Counted from the first letter of the stretch, positions 7,855 through 16,805 are shown. The stretch is DNA of 32,000 nt from Patescibacteria group bacterium (GCA_023480925.1 JAMCWY010000010.1:1-32000), one strand, 5' to 3'. Notes: generated from the sequence alone by a model not told the origin. A program made the numbers and translations.

Positions 7855-8076
7855 TTATTGCCACAGTCTCTCCATTCTGTCGCGAGGCTCTTCGACAGAA
7901 TCCAAAGCATCTTCCTTGATGGTTATATCGGTGCCAGTGCCATTGTGGAGATTGCGAACAAAAAGTTGCCCGCAATCAAAGCAACGACCAATAAAAACTC
8001 CGTCGCCAGCGAGATGCAAAAATTTTTCCGGCATCTCGAATTTTTCATGGACACAGTCTGTTTTTATCATCTGCAT
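7855..8076 (-). CDS. Small (73 aa) hypothetical protein with a C..H ... CxxC pattern
   Basis: AAAGGAG lies 8 nt upstream of the ATG, with TTGACA-16-TAAAAT upstream and a terminator downstream. I prefer it over the overlapping plus-strand ORFs 7763..8167 and 7858..8208, which lack such signals. Confidence 0.65.
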   Translation of the reverse strand: MQMIKTDCVHEKFEMPEKFLHLAGDGVFIGRCFDCGQLFVRNLHNGTGTDITIKEDALDSVEEPRDRMERLWQ

Positions 8077-8114
8077 CTTCTTTTCTCCTTTCTGTTTTTT
8101 GAGAACAAAAGTAT

Positions 8115-8142
8115 ATTTTATCCCAAATCAAATAAATGTCAA
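8115..8142 (-). promoter_or_regulatory. Near-consensus promoter (TTGACA-16 nt-TAAAAT) for the 7855..8076 gene
   Basis: Read on the minus strand: -35 at 8142..8137 and -10 at 8120..8115. Confidence 0.5.
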
Positions 8143-8265
8143 AAGAACGAAAAAATATATCAAATAAAACCTTTTAAATTGATAAATTGGCTAAAACCAA
8201 GTTTTTAAAACCCGCGCTTGACCAACTAGATCTTGATTTAATTAACGATGGTTTAAAATAAAATA

Positions 8266-8889
8266 ATGGTAAAAAATAATTGGCTAATTGGGATAAAACT
8301 AATTGCGATCTTTGCCATTGGCGGTTTTATCTATTTCTTCCCGAAACAGACAGTCGCGCCATTAAGCCAAAATAAATTCTTAAAAATAAAAACTAACGTC
8401 GGCCCGGATTTAAAAACAATCAGATTAAATCAAAACTTGTCAAAAATGAAAATTACCAGCCCTAATTTTGAAAACAATAATTTTATTCCTTCAAAATATA
8501 CTTGCGACGGTCAAGATATTAATCCCGAACTTGAAATTAAGAGCGTCCTGGCAGACGCGAAAAGTTTGGTTTTAATTGTTGACGATCCAGACGCGCCCGG
8601 CGGCGATTGGGTTCATTGGTTAGTTTGGAATATTGATCCGAAGACAGCTTTGATTAAAGAAAAGAGCGTTCCGATCGGCGCGGTCGTCGGTTTAAACAGC
8701 TTCGGTAAAAATAGTTACGGCGGACCTTGCCCGCCCAGCGGCGCGCATCATTACCATTTTAAAATTTACGCCATCGACACGACTTTAAATATCGCCTCGT
8801 CAAGCCGTAAGACTAACTTGGAGGAATCGATGGCTGGCCATATTATTGGTCAAGGCGAAATAATCGGTCTTTACGCCAGAAAAAAATAA
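8266..8889 (+). CDS. YbhB/YbcL (PEBP/Raf-kinase-inhibitor-like) family protein with an N-terminal membrane anchor
   Basis: LIVDDPDAPGGDWVHWLVWNI and GPCPPSGAHHYHFKIYALD-like motifs, plus an N-terminal hydrophobic helix. TAAAAT at 8254-8259 lies 6 nt before the ATG. Confidence 0.88.
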   Translation: MVKNNWLIGIKLIAIFAIGGFIYFFPKQTVAPLSQNKFLKIKTNVGPDLKTIRLNQNLSKMKITSPNFENNNFIPSKYTCDGQDINPELEIKSVLADAKSLVLIVDDPDAPGGDWVHWLVWNIDPKTALIKEKSVPIGAVVGLNSFGKNSYGGPCPPSGAHHYHFKIYAIDTTLNIASSSRKTNLEESMAGHIIGQGEIIGLYARKK

Positions 8890-8917
8890 TAAATCTCATC
8901 GCTGTTTTTGAATCCAA

Positions 8918-9217
8918 ATGACATCGTTTGAAAAAAAAATTTTCCAAACAGCCCGAAAAATTCCCAAGGGAAAAGTTACGACCTATAAAACCGTGGCGAT
9001 CAAAGCCGGTCGAGCGAAATCTTGGCGGGCGGTTGGTAATACTTTAAACAAAAACAACGACCCGAAAATTCCTTGCCATCGAATCATTCGAAATAACGGC
9101 GAAGTTGGCGGTTATAACAAAGGCATGGAAGTCAAGTTGAAAAAACTCAAGCGGGAAGGCGTCAAAATCGATCGTTCGGGCCGAATTGATCTTAAAAAAT
9201 TTTTGTTTAAGTTATAA
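8918..9217 (+). CDS. MGMT-family protein (stand-alone O6-alkylguanine-DNA alkyltransferase C-terminal domain, active-site PCHR present)
   Basis: KGKVTTYKTVA ... WRAVGNTLNKN ... IPCHRIIRNNGEVGGY. Confidence 0.85.
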   Translation: MTSFEKKIFQTARKIPKGKVTTYKTVAIKAGRAKSWRAVGNTLNKNNDPKIPCHRIIRNNGEVGGYNKGMEVKLKKLKREGVKIDRSGRIDLKKFLFKL

Positions 9218-9227
9218 TCTCAACGAG

Positions 9228-12200
9228 ATGCCAACGTCAAAATTTTCCGAACTTTACCAAAAACTCAATCCGGAGCAAAAACAGGCGGTTGACGAAATCG
9301 AAGGACCGGTGATGGTCGTGGCCGGGCCCGGTACGGGCAAGACTTATGTTCTAACTTTACGAATCGCCAATATTTTAAGAGAAACGGACACGCGGCCGGA
9401 AAATATTTTGGTTTTGACTTTCACCGAGTCGGCCGCCGCAGCCATGCGTCGCCGTTTGGTTGAAATAATCGCCAGTCCAGCTTACCAAGTTGAAATCAAT
9501 ACTTTTCACGGCTTTTGCAATGAAATCATAAAATCATATCCGGAAGAATTTTCCGAAGTGATCAGCCGCCAGAACATCACCGAGGTTGACCAAATTAATA
9601 TTATTGAATCAATCGTTGAAAGCCAACCCCTAAGAGAACTTAAACCTCTTGGCGACGCTTTTTATTACATCAAAGAAATTAAAGCCAACTTAGACCAGTT
9701 AAAGCGAGAGGGGATTGAACCCGAAAGATTCGATCAATTTGTTCAAAAAGATTTAGACCAATTCGAAGCGATTGATGATTTGTATTATGGCCAAGGCCGT
9801 TACCAAGGTCAGATGAAAGGCGAATATCAAAAAGTTTTTAAACAAATTAAAAGGAATCAGGAATTGGCTAAAGTTTATCATCAGTATCAGTCCGAGTTGG
9901 ATCAATCGAAGTTTTACGATTACAACGATATGATTATGACGGTTCGGCGCGAACTTTCGGCCAACCCGGATTTACTTTTGATTTTACAAGAACAATCTCA
10001 GTATATTTTGGTTGACGAACATCAAGATACAAATAACGCCCAAAATAAAATTCTCGAACGGTTGGCTGGTTTTCATAAAAATCCAAACATATTTGTTGTT
10101 GGCGACGAAAAACAGGCGATCTTTCGTTTTCAAGGCGCCTCGCTCGAAAATTTTATTTATTTTAAAAAAATTTACCCCAAGGCGAAGCTAATCGTTCTAA
10201 ATAAAAACTACCGTTCAACTCAGACGATTTTGGATTCAGCTCAAAGTTTAATCGCCAGCCCGAAAAAGCTCCAATCAGTTCAAAACGAGACAAATCTAAA
10301 AAAACGTTCTTTGATCAAACTTTACGGTTTGAGCCGACCCGAGTTAGAAATTTACTTCGTCGCTCGAGATATAAAAACTAAAATCGAAGTCGGGATTAAA
10401 CCGAAAGAAATCGCCGTTCTTTTTCGCGACAATAAAGATATTATGCCATTCACGCCAATGTTTGAAAAAATCGGTCTGCCTTTTTCAATCGAGTCGGATC
10501 AAGATATTTTGACCGATCCGGAAATAAAAAAATTTATTTTGATTCTCAAAGCGATTGATCAGTTTAATTCAACCGAGAAAGTGGTCGAGGCGATGCATGT
10601 TGATTTTTTAAATTTGCCCATTTTGGATCTTTATAAAATTCTTACCCTCGGCTTAAAAAATAAAATTGAAATTTTTGACTTACTTTGTTCAAAAAAACTT
10701 TTAGATCAATTAAATTTGGATTCAAGCCAGGCTTTCTTTGATTTTTACCAAAAACTATCGACTTGGAAGAGCGCCGCCAAAAACAAAAGTTTGCCCGAAT
10801 TTTTTGAAATTATCGTTCGCGAATCTGGTTTTTTAACTTACCTTCTTCGCCAACCCGACGCGATCGAAAAAATGGAAAAGCTAATGGTCTTATTCGACCA
10901 GATCAAAGAATTAACAACCAAACACAAGGATTATGATCTAAATGATTTTCTTCAATATCTCGAGTTGATCCAATCGCAAAAACTTCTAATTAAAAAAACT
11001 TCAAACCCGAGTTTAACCGATAAGATCAGATTGATGACCGCTCATCGGGCCAAAGGCCAAGAGTTTGAAGTTGTTTATATTATTAACGCGGTCGCCGGTC
11101 ATTGGGGTAGCCGTCGTCGTTCAAGGTTAATCCAACTGCCAAGCTCGGTTTTTTCGCCCTTTGGTCTAAGTTTGGAAAATATTTCGGCCGATGACGATGA
11201 ACGCCGTTTATTTTATGTCGCCCTGACTCGAGCCAAAAAAGACATTATTATTACCTACAGTAAAGAAAATATTATTAAACAAGAGCAATTGCCGACTCAG
11301 TTTATCCAGGAAATTAAGTCGAGTTTGATCGAAACAATGCCGACGACCGAAATTGAAGAAGAATTTAAAAAAAATAAAAAAGTGATTTTCGCGCCAAAGT
11401 TAATCATAGCCACCGGGCTTAAAGATAAAGAATTTATCCGATCGTTATTTCTGGAGCGCGGTCTCTCGCCGACTGGCCTGAATAATTACCTCAAATGCCC
11501 TTGGAATTATTTTTACGTCAATCTCTTGCGTTTGCCCAAAGCTAAAACCAAAAATCAAATATATGGCACGGCCATTCATAACGCCTTAATGATTTTTTTT
11601 CGTCAGCTAAGCAAACAGGTCCGAACAAATTTAATTAAACTTAATTCCGGCCAAAATTTTTCAAAAGACAAAATCGATAAAAAATTTTTACTGGCTAAAT
11701 TTAAAGACTATTTAAAAAAAGAACCAATCAATCAATCCGACTTCGAGCGATTAAAAGAAAAAGGCGAAAAAGCCTTGAGTGGTTATTTTCAAACTTACGC
11801 CGATTCTTGGCCAACTGATGTTCTAACCGAGTTTAAGATCAAGGATGTCTTGGTTGGATCGGAAATAAAACTGATCGGGCAAATTGATAAAATTGAATTC
11901 ATAACCAAAAATGATCGGACGGTCAATGTCGTTGATTACAAAACAAGCCAGCCTAAAACAAGAGCCGAAATCGAAGGTTTGACCAAAAATTCAAACGGTG
12001 AGATTAAACGTCAGCTGATTTTTTATAATTTGCTTTTAAACCAATACGAACAGGGCCGGCGGTTCAAAATGGCATCAGCCGAGATTGATTTTATCGAACC
12101 CAATCAAAAGGGTCGCTATCGCAAAGAAAAATTTTTGATTGAACCGGTTGAAATCAAAGAATTAGAAGAGTTAATTAAAAAAACCGCTGATGGAATTTTA

Positions 12201-12275
12201 AACTTTTCATTCTTTGACCAAAGTTGTGGCGATCAAACCTGTCAATTTTGTCAACTGCGCGAAGCAATGGCATAA
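9228..12275 (+). CDS. UvrD/PcrA-type SF1 helicase fused to a C-terminal PD-(D/E)XK (Cas4/AddB-like, 4-Cys) nuclease domain
   Basis: Walker A AGPGTGKT, DEHQD, VGDEKQAIFRFQGA, TAHRAKGQEFEVV, LFYVALTRAK. C-terminal part has YLKCPWNYF, GQIDKIE, VVDYKTSQ and CGDQTCQFC. I chose ATG 9228 over the TTG at 9186, which overlaps the previous gene. Confidence 0.9.
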   Translation: MPTSKFSELYQKLNPEQKQAVDEIEGPVMVVAGPGTGKTYVLTLRIANILRETDTRPENILVLTFTESAAAAMRRRLVEIIASPAYQVEINTFHGFCNEIIKSYPEEFSEVISRQNITEVDQINIIESIVESQPLRELKPLGDAFYYIKEIKANLDQLKREGIEPERFDQFVQKDLDQFEAIDDLYYGQGRYQGQMKGEYQKVFKQIKRNQELAKVYHQYQSELDQSKFYDYNDMIMTVRRELSANPDLLLILQEQSQYILVDEHQDTNNAQNKILERLAGFHKNPNIFVVGDEKQAIFRFQGASLENFIYFKKIYPKAKLIVLNKNYRSTQTILDSAQSLIASPKKLQSVQNETNLKKRSLIKLYGLSRPELEIYFVARDIKTKIEVGIKPKEIAVLFRDNKDIMPFTPMFEKIGLPFSIESDQDILTDPEIKKFILILKAIDQFNSTEKVVEAMHVDFLNLPILDLYKILTLGLKNKIEIFDLLCSKKLLDQLNLDSSQAFFDFYQKLSTWKSAAKNKSLPEFFEIIVRESGFLTYLLRQPDAIEKMEKLMVLFDQIKELTTKHKDYDLNDFLQYLELIQSQKLLIKKTSNPSLTDKIRLMTAHRAKGQEFEVVYIINAVAGHWGSRRRSRLIQLPSSVFSPFGLSLENISADDDERRLFYVALTRAKKDIIITYSKENIIKQEQLPTQFIQEIKSSLIETMPTTEIEEEFKKNKKVIFAPKLIIATGLKDKEFIRSLFLERGLSPTGLNNYLKCPWNYFYVNLLRLPKAKTKNQIYGTAIHNALMIFFRQLSKQVRTNLIKLNSGQNFSKDKIDKKFLLAKFKDYLKKEPINQSDFERLKEKGEKALSGYFQTYADSWPTDVLTEFKIKDVLVGSEIKLIGQIDKIEFITKNDRTVNVVDYKTSQPKTRAEIEGLTKNSNGEIKRQLIFYNLLLNQYEQGRRFKMASAEIDFIEPNQKGRYRKEKFLIEPVEIKELEELIKKTADGILNFSFFDQSCGDQTCQFCQLREAMA

Positions 12276-12337
12276 AACGCAATGTGGATAAGTAATAAAA
12301 ACTTTCTCGGCTAATGTTCGTTTTAAATCCAAACGTC

Positions 12338-12366
12338 TTGACTTTTAAATAAATTTTCTTTATAAT
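12338..12366 (+). promoter_or_regulatory. Consensus promoter (TTGACT-17 nt-TATAAT) with a ~95-nt leader for the RRM protein gene
   Basis: TTGACT at 12338-12343 and TATAAT at 12361-12366. The leader contains the hairpin gccga/tcggc at 12423-12440. Confidence 0.6.
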
Positions 12367-12468
12367 ATTAACGAGGTAGGTTTTAAGCTAGTTTTTTTAG
12401 ATTATTTTATCAATCAAGAAAAGCCGAGCAAGAAGTCGGCCTACGGAATATTATTAAAACAAGAATAG

Positions 12469-12774
12469 ATGGCTAAAAAATTATATATCGGTGGTTTATC
12501 TTATGATACGACCGAACAAACCTTGACTGAAACATTCGGTCAGGCCGGCAAAGTCGTTTCCGCCACCATCATCAAAGATAAGTTTTCGGGCCGTTCAAAA
12601 GGTTTTGGTTTTGTTGAAATGGAGACCGAAGAAGAAGGCGACAAGGCAATCGAACTTTTCAATGGTAAAGATCTTGACGGTCGAACTTTAACCGTTAACG
12701 AAGCCAGGCCAATGACGGAGCGAGGCGATAACAACAATCGCGATCGCGGTAACCGTGGTGGCAATTGGCGTTAA
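12469..12774 (+). CDS. RRM-type RNA-binding protein with a Gly/Arg/Asn-rich tail
   Basis: RNP2 LYIGGL, RNP1 KGFGFVEM, and C-terminal RGDNNNRDRGNRGGNWR. Confidence 0.92.
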   Translation: MAKKLYIGGLSYDTTEQTLTETFGQAGKVVSATIIKDKFSGRSKGFGFVEMETEEEGDKAIELFNGKDLDGRTLTVNEARPMTERGDNNNRDRGNRGGNWR

Positions 12775-12784
12775 GTCAAACGAC

Positions 12785-12817
12785 AAAAATCCCGGCTAGA
12801 ATCTAACCGGGATTTTT
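12785..12817 (+). terminator. Intrinsic terminator
   Basis: aaaaatcccgg-loop-ccgggattttt. Confidence 0.7.
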
Positions 12818-12833
12818 AATTATTCAAATAAAA

Positions 12834-13055
12834 ATGAGTTGGGCAGATAAAAGAATCGAACAATATCGCCAAGGCCAAAATCCGACCTGGCTGGAAAAAA
12901 GAATGATCGAATCAACTCGACCGGTTTTCATCGTCATATTTATTATTGCCGATGTTATTTTAAGCTATGGATTTATTTTCCATGATTGGCGGGCAATTAG
13001 TTTGGCTCTGATAATGATCGGATCCGGTTATATTTACGCCTGGTTTAAAAAATAA
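12834..13055 (+). CDS. Small (73 aa) two-helix membrane protein, hypothetical
   Basis: ORF with two hydrophobic segments. No SD and no family recognised. Confidence 0.5.
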   Translation: MSWADKRIEQYRQGQNPTWLEKRMIESTRPVFIVIFIIADVILSYGFIFHDWRAISLALIMIGSGYIYAWFKK

Positions 13056-13144
13056 AAAATGAAACGATCAATACTGGTTTTATCTTGGTCGAAAAGGATA
13101 ATTTTTCTAACTAATAAAATTTGTTATAATTTTTAAATTAACCC

Positions 13145-13399
13145 GTGAAAATAAAAATGGGAACTGTTTGGTCAACACCCTTCTTCTTTTCGCCGATCGC
13201 TTGGCTGATGTTTATATCTATGTTTGCTTGGTGGTTTTTGATTTTACTCGTTTTCGTCGTTTTGATTAAATGGCTTTTAAGGCAGGTCTCCGACAAAAAA
13301 GAGAAAAACCAGCCGTCTTTGGAAATTTTGAAAGAACGATACGCGCGCGGTGAAATCAACAAAGAGGAGTTCGAAGAGAAGAAAAAAGATTTATCTTAA
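13145..13399 (+). CDS. SHOCT-domain membrane protein
   Basis: The C-terminal LEILKERYARGEINKEEFEEKKKDL is a typical SHOCT motif, preceded by an N-terminal hydrophobic helix. The start is either GTG 13145 or ATG 13157. TATAAT lies at 13125-13130. Confidence 0.75.
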   Translation: MKIKMGTVWSTPFFFSPIAWLMFISMFAWWFLILLVFVVLIKWLLRQVSDKKEKNQPSLEILKERYARGEINKEEFEEKKKDLS

Positions 13400-13446
13400 T
13401 CGGTAACTTCGCTTTGATTTTGTTAATTTGAATTCAAATTAATTTG

Positions 13447-13608
13447 ATGATAAATAAAACTTTTCTTTGGATAATGATTTTTGTCGGTTCGACTCTCGGC
13501 GCTTATATCCCGACTCTTTGGGGCGCGAGTTGGCTATCGCCGGCGTCGCTGTTCGGCAGCACGATCGGCGGAATCGCATCGATTTATCTTGTTTACAAAA
13601 CGACTTAA
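13447..13608 (+). CDS. Small (53 aa) Gly-rich two-helix membrane protein, hypothetical (not in the ORF track)
   Basis: My hand translation: MINKTFLWIMIFVGSTLGAYIPTLWGASWLSPASLFGSTIGGIASIYLVYKTT. It looks more protein-like than the overlapping track ORF 13467..13688. Confidence 0.45.
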   Translation: MINKTFLWIMIFVGSTLGAYIPTLWGASWLSPASLFGSTIGGIASIYLVYKTT

Positions 13609-13690
13609 ACAAAAATTTAAAAAAATTTAATTTTGGTCTTATCCGTTATAATAATGTCAAAGGTCGAATTAACTCTAAAAATTTATAAAA

Positions 13691-13837
13691 ATGTGCCAAA
13701 CTTGCGGTTGTTCACCTTGTCAAAAATGCGGTCGAAAAATCGAAAGAGGTGTTTGCGATGGCTGCAATAAGTCATCTTTTGATTGCGTTTGTGAGAAAGA
13801 TCAAAAGGACGAAAATGATCAAGAAGACGACCAATAA
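13691..13837 (+). CDS. Cys-rich (10 Cys in 34 residues) 48-aa protein with an acidic tail; metallothionein-like or zinc-knuckle-like, hypothetical (not in the ORF track)
   Basis: My hand translation: MCQTCGCSPCQKCGRKIERGVCDGCNKSSFDCVCEKDQKDENDQEDDQ. TATAAT lies at 13647-13652 upstream and a hairpin plus T-run directly downstream. Confidence 0.5.
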   Translation: MCQTCGCSPCQKCGRKIERGVCDGCNKSSFDCVCEKDQKDENDQEDDQ

Positions 13838-13842
13838 AAAAT

Positions 13843-13870
13843 AGCGGTTAAATTGGAGCCGCTCTTTTTT
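13843..13870 (+). terminator. Intrinsic terminator-like hairpin plus T-run
   Basis: agcggtt-aaattgg-agccgct followed by cttttttt. Confidence 0.5.
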
Positions 13871-13878
13871 ACAAACAA

Positions 13879-14472
13879 ATGTCAGAAAAATTAGAGGTTA
13901 GCCAAATTCCCAGTCCGAAAATTTCTTCTTGGCTTTTTTTTAATCCAAAATCAAGCTCGCTCTGGTTGTTAATTAGAGTTTATGTCGGTTATCAGTGGCT
14001 TCAGGCCGGTTGGGAAAAAATTATCAATCCAACTTGGGTTGGCAGCAAGGCCGGCTCAGCCCTAATCGGTTTTGTCGATAACGCTTTGACTAAAACCATT
14101 GGCAACCATCCCGCGGTTCAAAACTGGTACGCTCTTTTTTTAAAAACTATCGTTTTGTCTCATCCAACCTTATTTTCCTATCTTGTCGCTTACGGTGAAC
14201 TGGCGGTCGGAGTTGGTCTGATTCTTGGCGCTTTCACCGCTATCGCCGCCTTCTTTGGCGCTTTGATGAACATGAATTTTCTTTTGGCCGGCGCGGTCAG
14301 CCTTAACCCGATTTTATTTTTATTCGAGTTGTTCTTAATTCTGGCCTGGCGTATCGCTGGTTGGATTGGCTTGGATTATTATCTTTTGCCGAATTTGGGC
14401 GTACCTTGGCAATCGGGCCGATACTGTTTTTTGACGGGGATAAAAAGAAAACGCAACCCTGCGACCGAATAA
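13879..14472 (+). CDS. DoxX/DoxD-like family membrane protein
   Basis: Four hydrophobic helices and an N-terminal LLIRVYVGYQWLQAGWEKI pattern typical of DoxX-like proteins. Assignment is by eye only. Confidence 0.6.
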   Translation: MSEKLEVSQIPSPKISSWLFFNPKSSSLWLLIRVYVGYQWLQAGWEKIINPTWVGSKAGSALIGFVDNALTKTIGNHPAVQNWYALFLKTIVLSHPTLFSYLVAYGELAVGVGLILGAFTAIAAFFGALMNMNFLLAGAVSLNPILFLFELFLILAWRIAGWIGLDYYLLPNLGVPWQSGRYCFLTGIKRKRNPATE

Positions 14473-14604
14473 ATCAACTAATCCGAAAATTTAATTAAAA
14501 ACATAAAAATAAAAAGATTTTCAAATTGAAACTAATTTTTGAATCAATTCAAATTTAAAAAACAAATTTGTCAAATAGATTTAAAAATTTAAACTCCAAT
14601 AAGA

Positions 14605-15147
14605 ATGTTTCGATTCGGCAAAAAAGTATCCATCGGCGCGGTTTTGATGACTCTGGCAATTTTAGTCTTATCGGCGAACTTGATTCAAATTTGGCAAAAA
14701 TTAAACATTTCAAACTTTAAAACAATCCGGCCGAATGGTATCGGCGTGGCAACCGCGACAGTTTCAAGCATTAGTTTGACTCCAACTTCATCAATATCAA
14801 ACTTAAAACAATCTCAACCCAAAATTTTAATTTCACCTTCGAAAATAACTCTTGATAATGATGGCACAATCGTGGAAATGACGCCGGGCCAATCTTTTTT
14901 ACTCGCGCTCAATCAAAAACCGACCGATATGAGCGTTAGTTGGAATGTTGATATCGCCAACTCCGACATTATCAGCCAAAAGACTAATATTCTGATAACT
15001 AAAGACAGTCAAGGCGTTTATGAGGCGAAAGCGATTGGCACAACCACTTTAACTGCGGTCAATTCTTACCCCTGTCAAAAAACAAAATCACCCTGTTTCT
15101 TACCTAATCGAATTTTCCGCGTTATTATTGTTGTTTCTAAAAATTGA
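14605..15147 (+). CDS. Membrane-anchored or secreted hypothetical protein (beta-rich C-terminal domain)
   Basis: N-terminal hydrophobic anchor, a Ser/Thr-rich linker, and a C-terminal domain with two Cys. No family recognised with confidence. Confidence 0.55.
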   Translation: MFRFGKKVSIGAVLMTLAILVLSANLIQIWQKLNISNFKTIRPNGIGVATATVSSISLTPTSSISNLKQSQPKILISPSKITLDNDGTIVEMTPGQSFLLALNQKPTDMSVSWNVDIANSDIISQKTNILITKDSQGVYEAKAIGTTTLTAVNSYPCQKTKSPCFLPNRIFRVIIVVSKN

Positions 15148-15218
15148 ACCAGGCCTCATCTTATCTTTTTAATTCCAACCGCTGAAAATAATAATCAAGA
15201 TATAATATTTGAAGTTAA

Positions 15219-15908
15219 ATGGAAAAAAATAAATTCAGGAATAAAAGCGATCGGCTCGGAGAAATCGTCAAAACCGTCTCAGATTACGTCAAAAAAAAAA
15301 TGAGCGGCGAAAAAACCGGCCATGACTGGTGGCATTGTTTTCGAGTTTTAAATTTGGCTGAAAAGATTTCCAAAAAAGAAGGGGGTGATTTGTTCACGAT
15401 TAAATTAGCCGCGCTTTTACACGACATCTCCGATTGGAAATTCAATGGCGGCGATCTTAAAGCCAACGCCGTGGTTAGTCGAAAAATACTCAAACATTTT
15501 CGGGTTGAAGAAAAAATAGTTAAACAAGTTTGTCAAATTGTTGAAAATATTTCATGGAAAGGCGCTGGCGCGAAAAATAAAATAAAAACCAAAGAAGGGA
15601 TGATTGTTCAAGACGCTGATCGCTTGGATGCCCTGGGCGCGATTGGCATCGCCCGAATTTTCGCCTATGGCAGCGCTCGAGGAAACTGGGAAATTTTTAA
15701 TCCGAATCTTAAACCAAAACTTCATCGCGGTTTTAATTATTATAAAAACAGCCGGACAACTTCGATTAACCATTTTTACGAAAAAGTCATTTTTATCAAA
15801 GATCGCTTAAATACTGAAACAGCGAGGAAAATTGCCGGTCGGCGCGATCGATTCGTCCGCCAATATCTTAAGGAATTTCTCCGCGAATGGCAAGAAGCGA
15901 CTTTTTGA
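15219..15908 (+). CDS. HD-domain phosphohydrolase (YpgQ-like)
   Basis: HDWWHCFRV ... LLHDISDWK ... VQDADRLDALGAIGIAR. TATAAT at 15201-15206 lies 12 nt before the ATG. Confidence 0.88.
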   Translation: MEKNKFRNKSDRLGEIVKTVSDYVKKKMSGEKTGHDWWHCFRVLNLAEKISKKEGGDLFTIKLAALLHDISDWKFNGGDLKANAVVSRKILKHFRVEEKIVKQVCQIVENISWKGAGAKNKIKTKEGMIVQDADRLDALGAIGIARIFAYGSARGNWEIFNPNLKPKLHRGFNYYKNSRTTSINHFYEKVIFIKDRLNTETARKIAGRRDRFVRQYLKEFLREWQEATF

Positions 15909-16045
15909 TTTTTTTAATTATTTTTTGCTTCAAGCCGACCAATCTTATACACATTCCCTTTGTTTTTAAACAGTATGCTTTATAATAATATTTATATCGG
16001 TCGTTTATTAATTAAAGCGGATAAAAGAATATCTGCGAATAGAAA

Positions 16046-16681
16046 ATGGTCAAAAAAATAGCCATGGCTGTTAGTTTGGTTGCTTTGATCGCGACATCGT
16101 TAGTTAGCGCTCAGGTTTTTTCAACATCATCAACTAACGCGACCAGTTCAAATTCAACCAGCAGTGCGGTTACAGTTACGGTTCAAGAAAATTCAACCCA
16201 GCCTGTCACTGTTGTCAGCGGCGAACTCGAAGTAATTGAACCGCCGGCCTGGGCGAACGTCGAGTTAATCGACATTAATCGAGAGGGTCGAGCTTTGCTC
16301 CGAGGCAAGGTTGTTTCCGTTAATGGCAATATTGTCGTTGTCTCAAGTTGGGGCGGTAATTGGAATATTAATGTCGCTTCAACCAGCGATGTTATGTATC
16401 ATTTTGGCGGTCGGGGCAATATTGATCAATTTAAACCGGGTGATACCGTTGGCGTCATCGGCCAAGTTGATCAGTCAAATCCTTTTACGATTGACGCGAG
16501 AATAATCCGCGACTGGTCAATTCATTGGTTTGGCGCCAAACCTCTTCTCAAAAACGTTCAAGAAAACAACGTTTACCATCCGGACGAAGGCGTTAGCCGC
16601 GACAAAAACATCATCAACAAAAACCGCGATATCGAAAAAATCATAAACTTATTGCGATTGATCTTATCGCATCGAAAATAA
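16046..16681 (+). CDS. Secreted hypothetical protein (signal peptide, Ser/Thr-rich region, beta-barrel-like repeat)
   Basis: Signal-like MVKKIAMAVSLVALIATSLVSAQV followed by a low-complexity S/T stretch. A terminator lies downstream. Confidence 0.6.
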   Translation: MVKKIAMAVSLVALIATSLVSAQVFSTSSTNATSSNSTSSAVTVTVQENSTQPVTVVSGELEVIEPPAWANVELIDINREGRALLRGKVVSVNGNIVVVSSWGGNWNINVASTSDVMYHFGGRGNIDQFKPGDTVGVIGQVDQSNPFTIDARIIRDWSIHWFGAKPLLKNVQENNVYHPDEGVSRDKNIINKNRDIEKIINLLRLILSHRK

Positions 16682-16711
16682 ATCTTTAATTTCATCAAGG
16701 CGCGCGGATAA

Positions 16712-16753
16712 AATTAATTACCCCTTTGCTTTCCGGCTGAGGGGTAATTAATT
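16712..16753 (+). terminator. Intrinsic terminator (14-bp stem)
   Basis: aattaattacccct-loop-aggggtaattaatt. Confidence 0.65.
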
Positions 16754-16805
16754 TAGAAATTTTTTAAGCATTGATTTATAATTGGTTTAAATATCAATTT
16801 AAGTT

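Noticed and set aside
7763-8208. Plus-strand ORFs 7763..8167 and 7858..8208.
   Set aside because: They overlap the minus-strand 7855..8076 ORF, which has the SD, promoter and terminator. The plus-strand translations are low-complexity and lack signals.
13467-13688. Track ORF of 73 aa (MDNDFCRFDSRRLYPDSLG...).
   Set aside because: A different frame (13447..13608) gives a coherent Gly-rich two-helix membrane peptide. The track ORF reads like an off-frame product rich in Arg.
15291-15300. A10 homopolymer inside the HD-domain gene, and an A9 run at 21102-21110 at the end of the small membrane gene.
   Set aside because: They encode Lys runs in frame, and such tracts are expected in a genome this AT-rich. 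I see no evidence of frameshifting.
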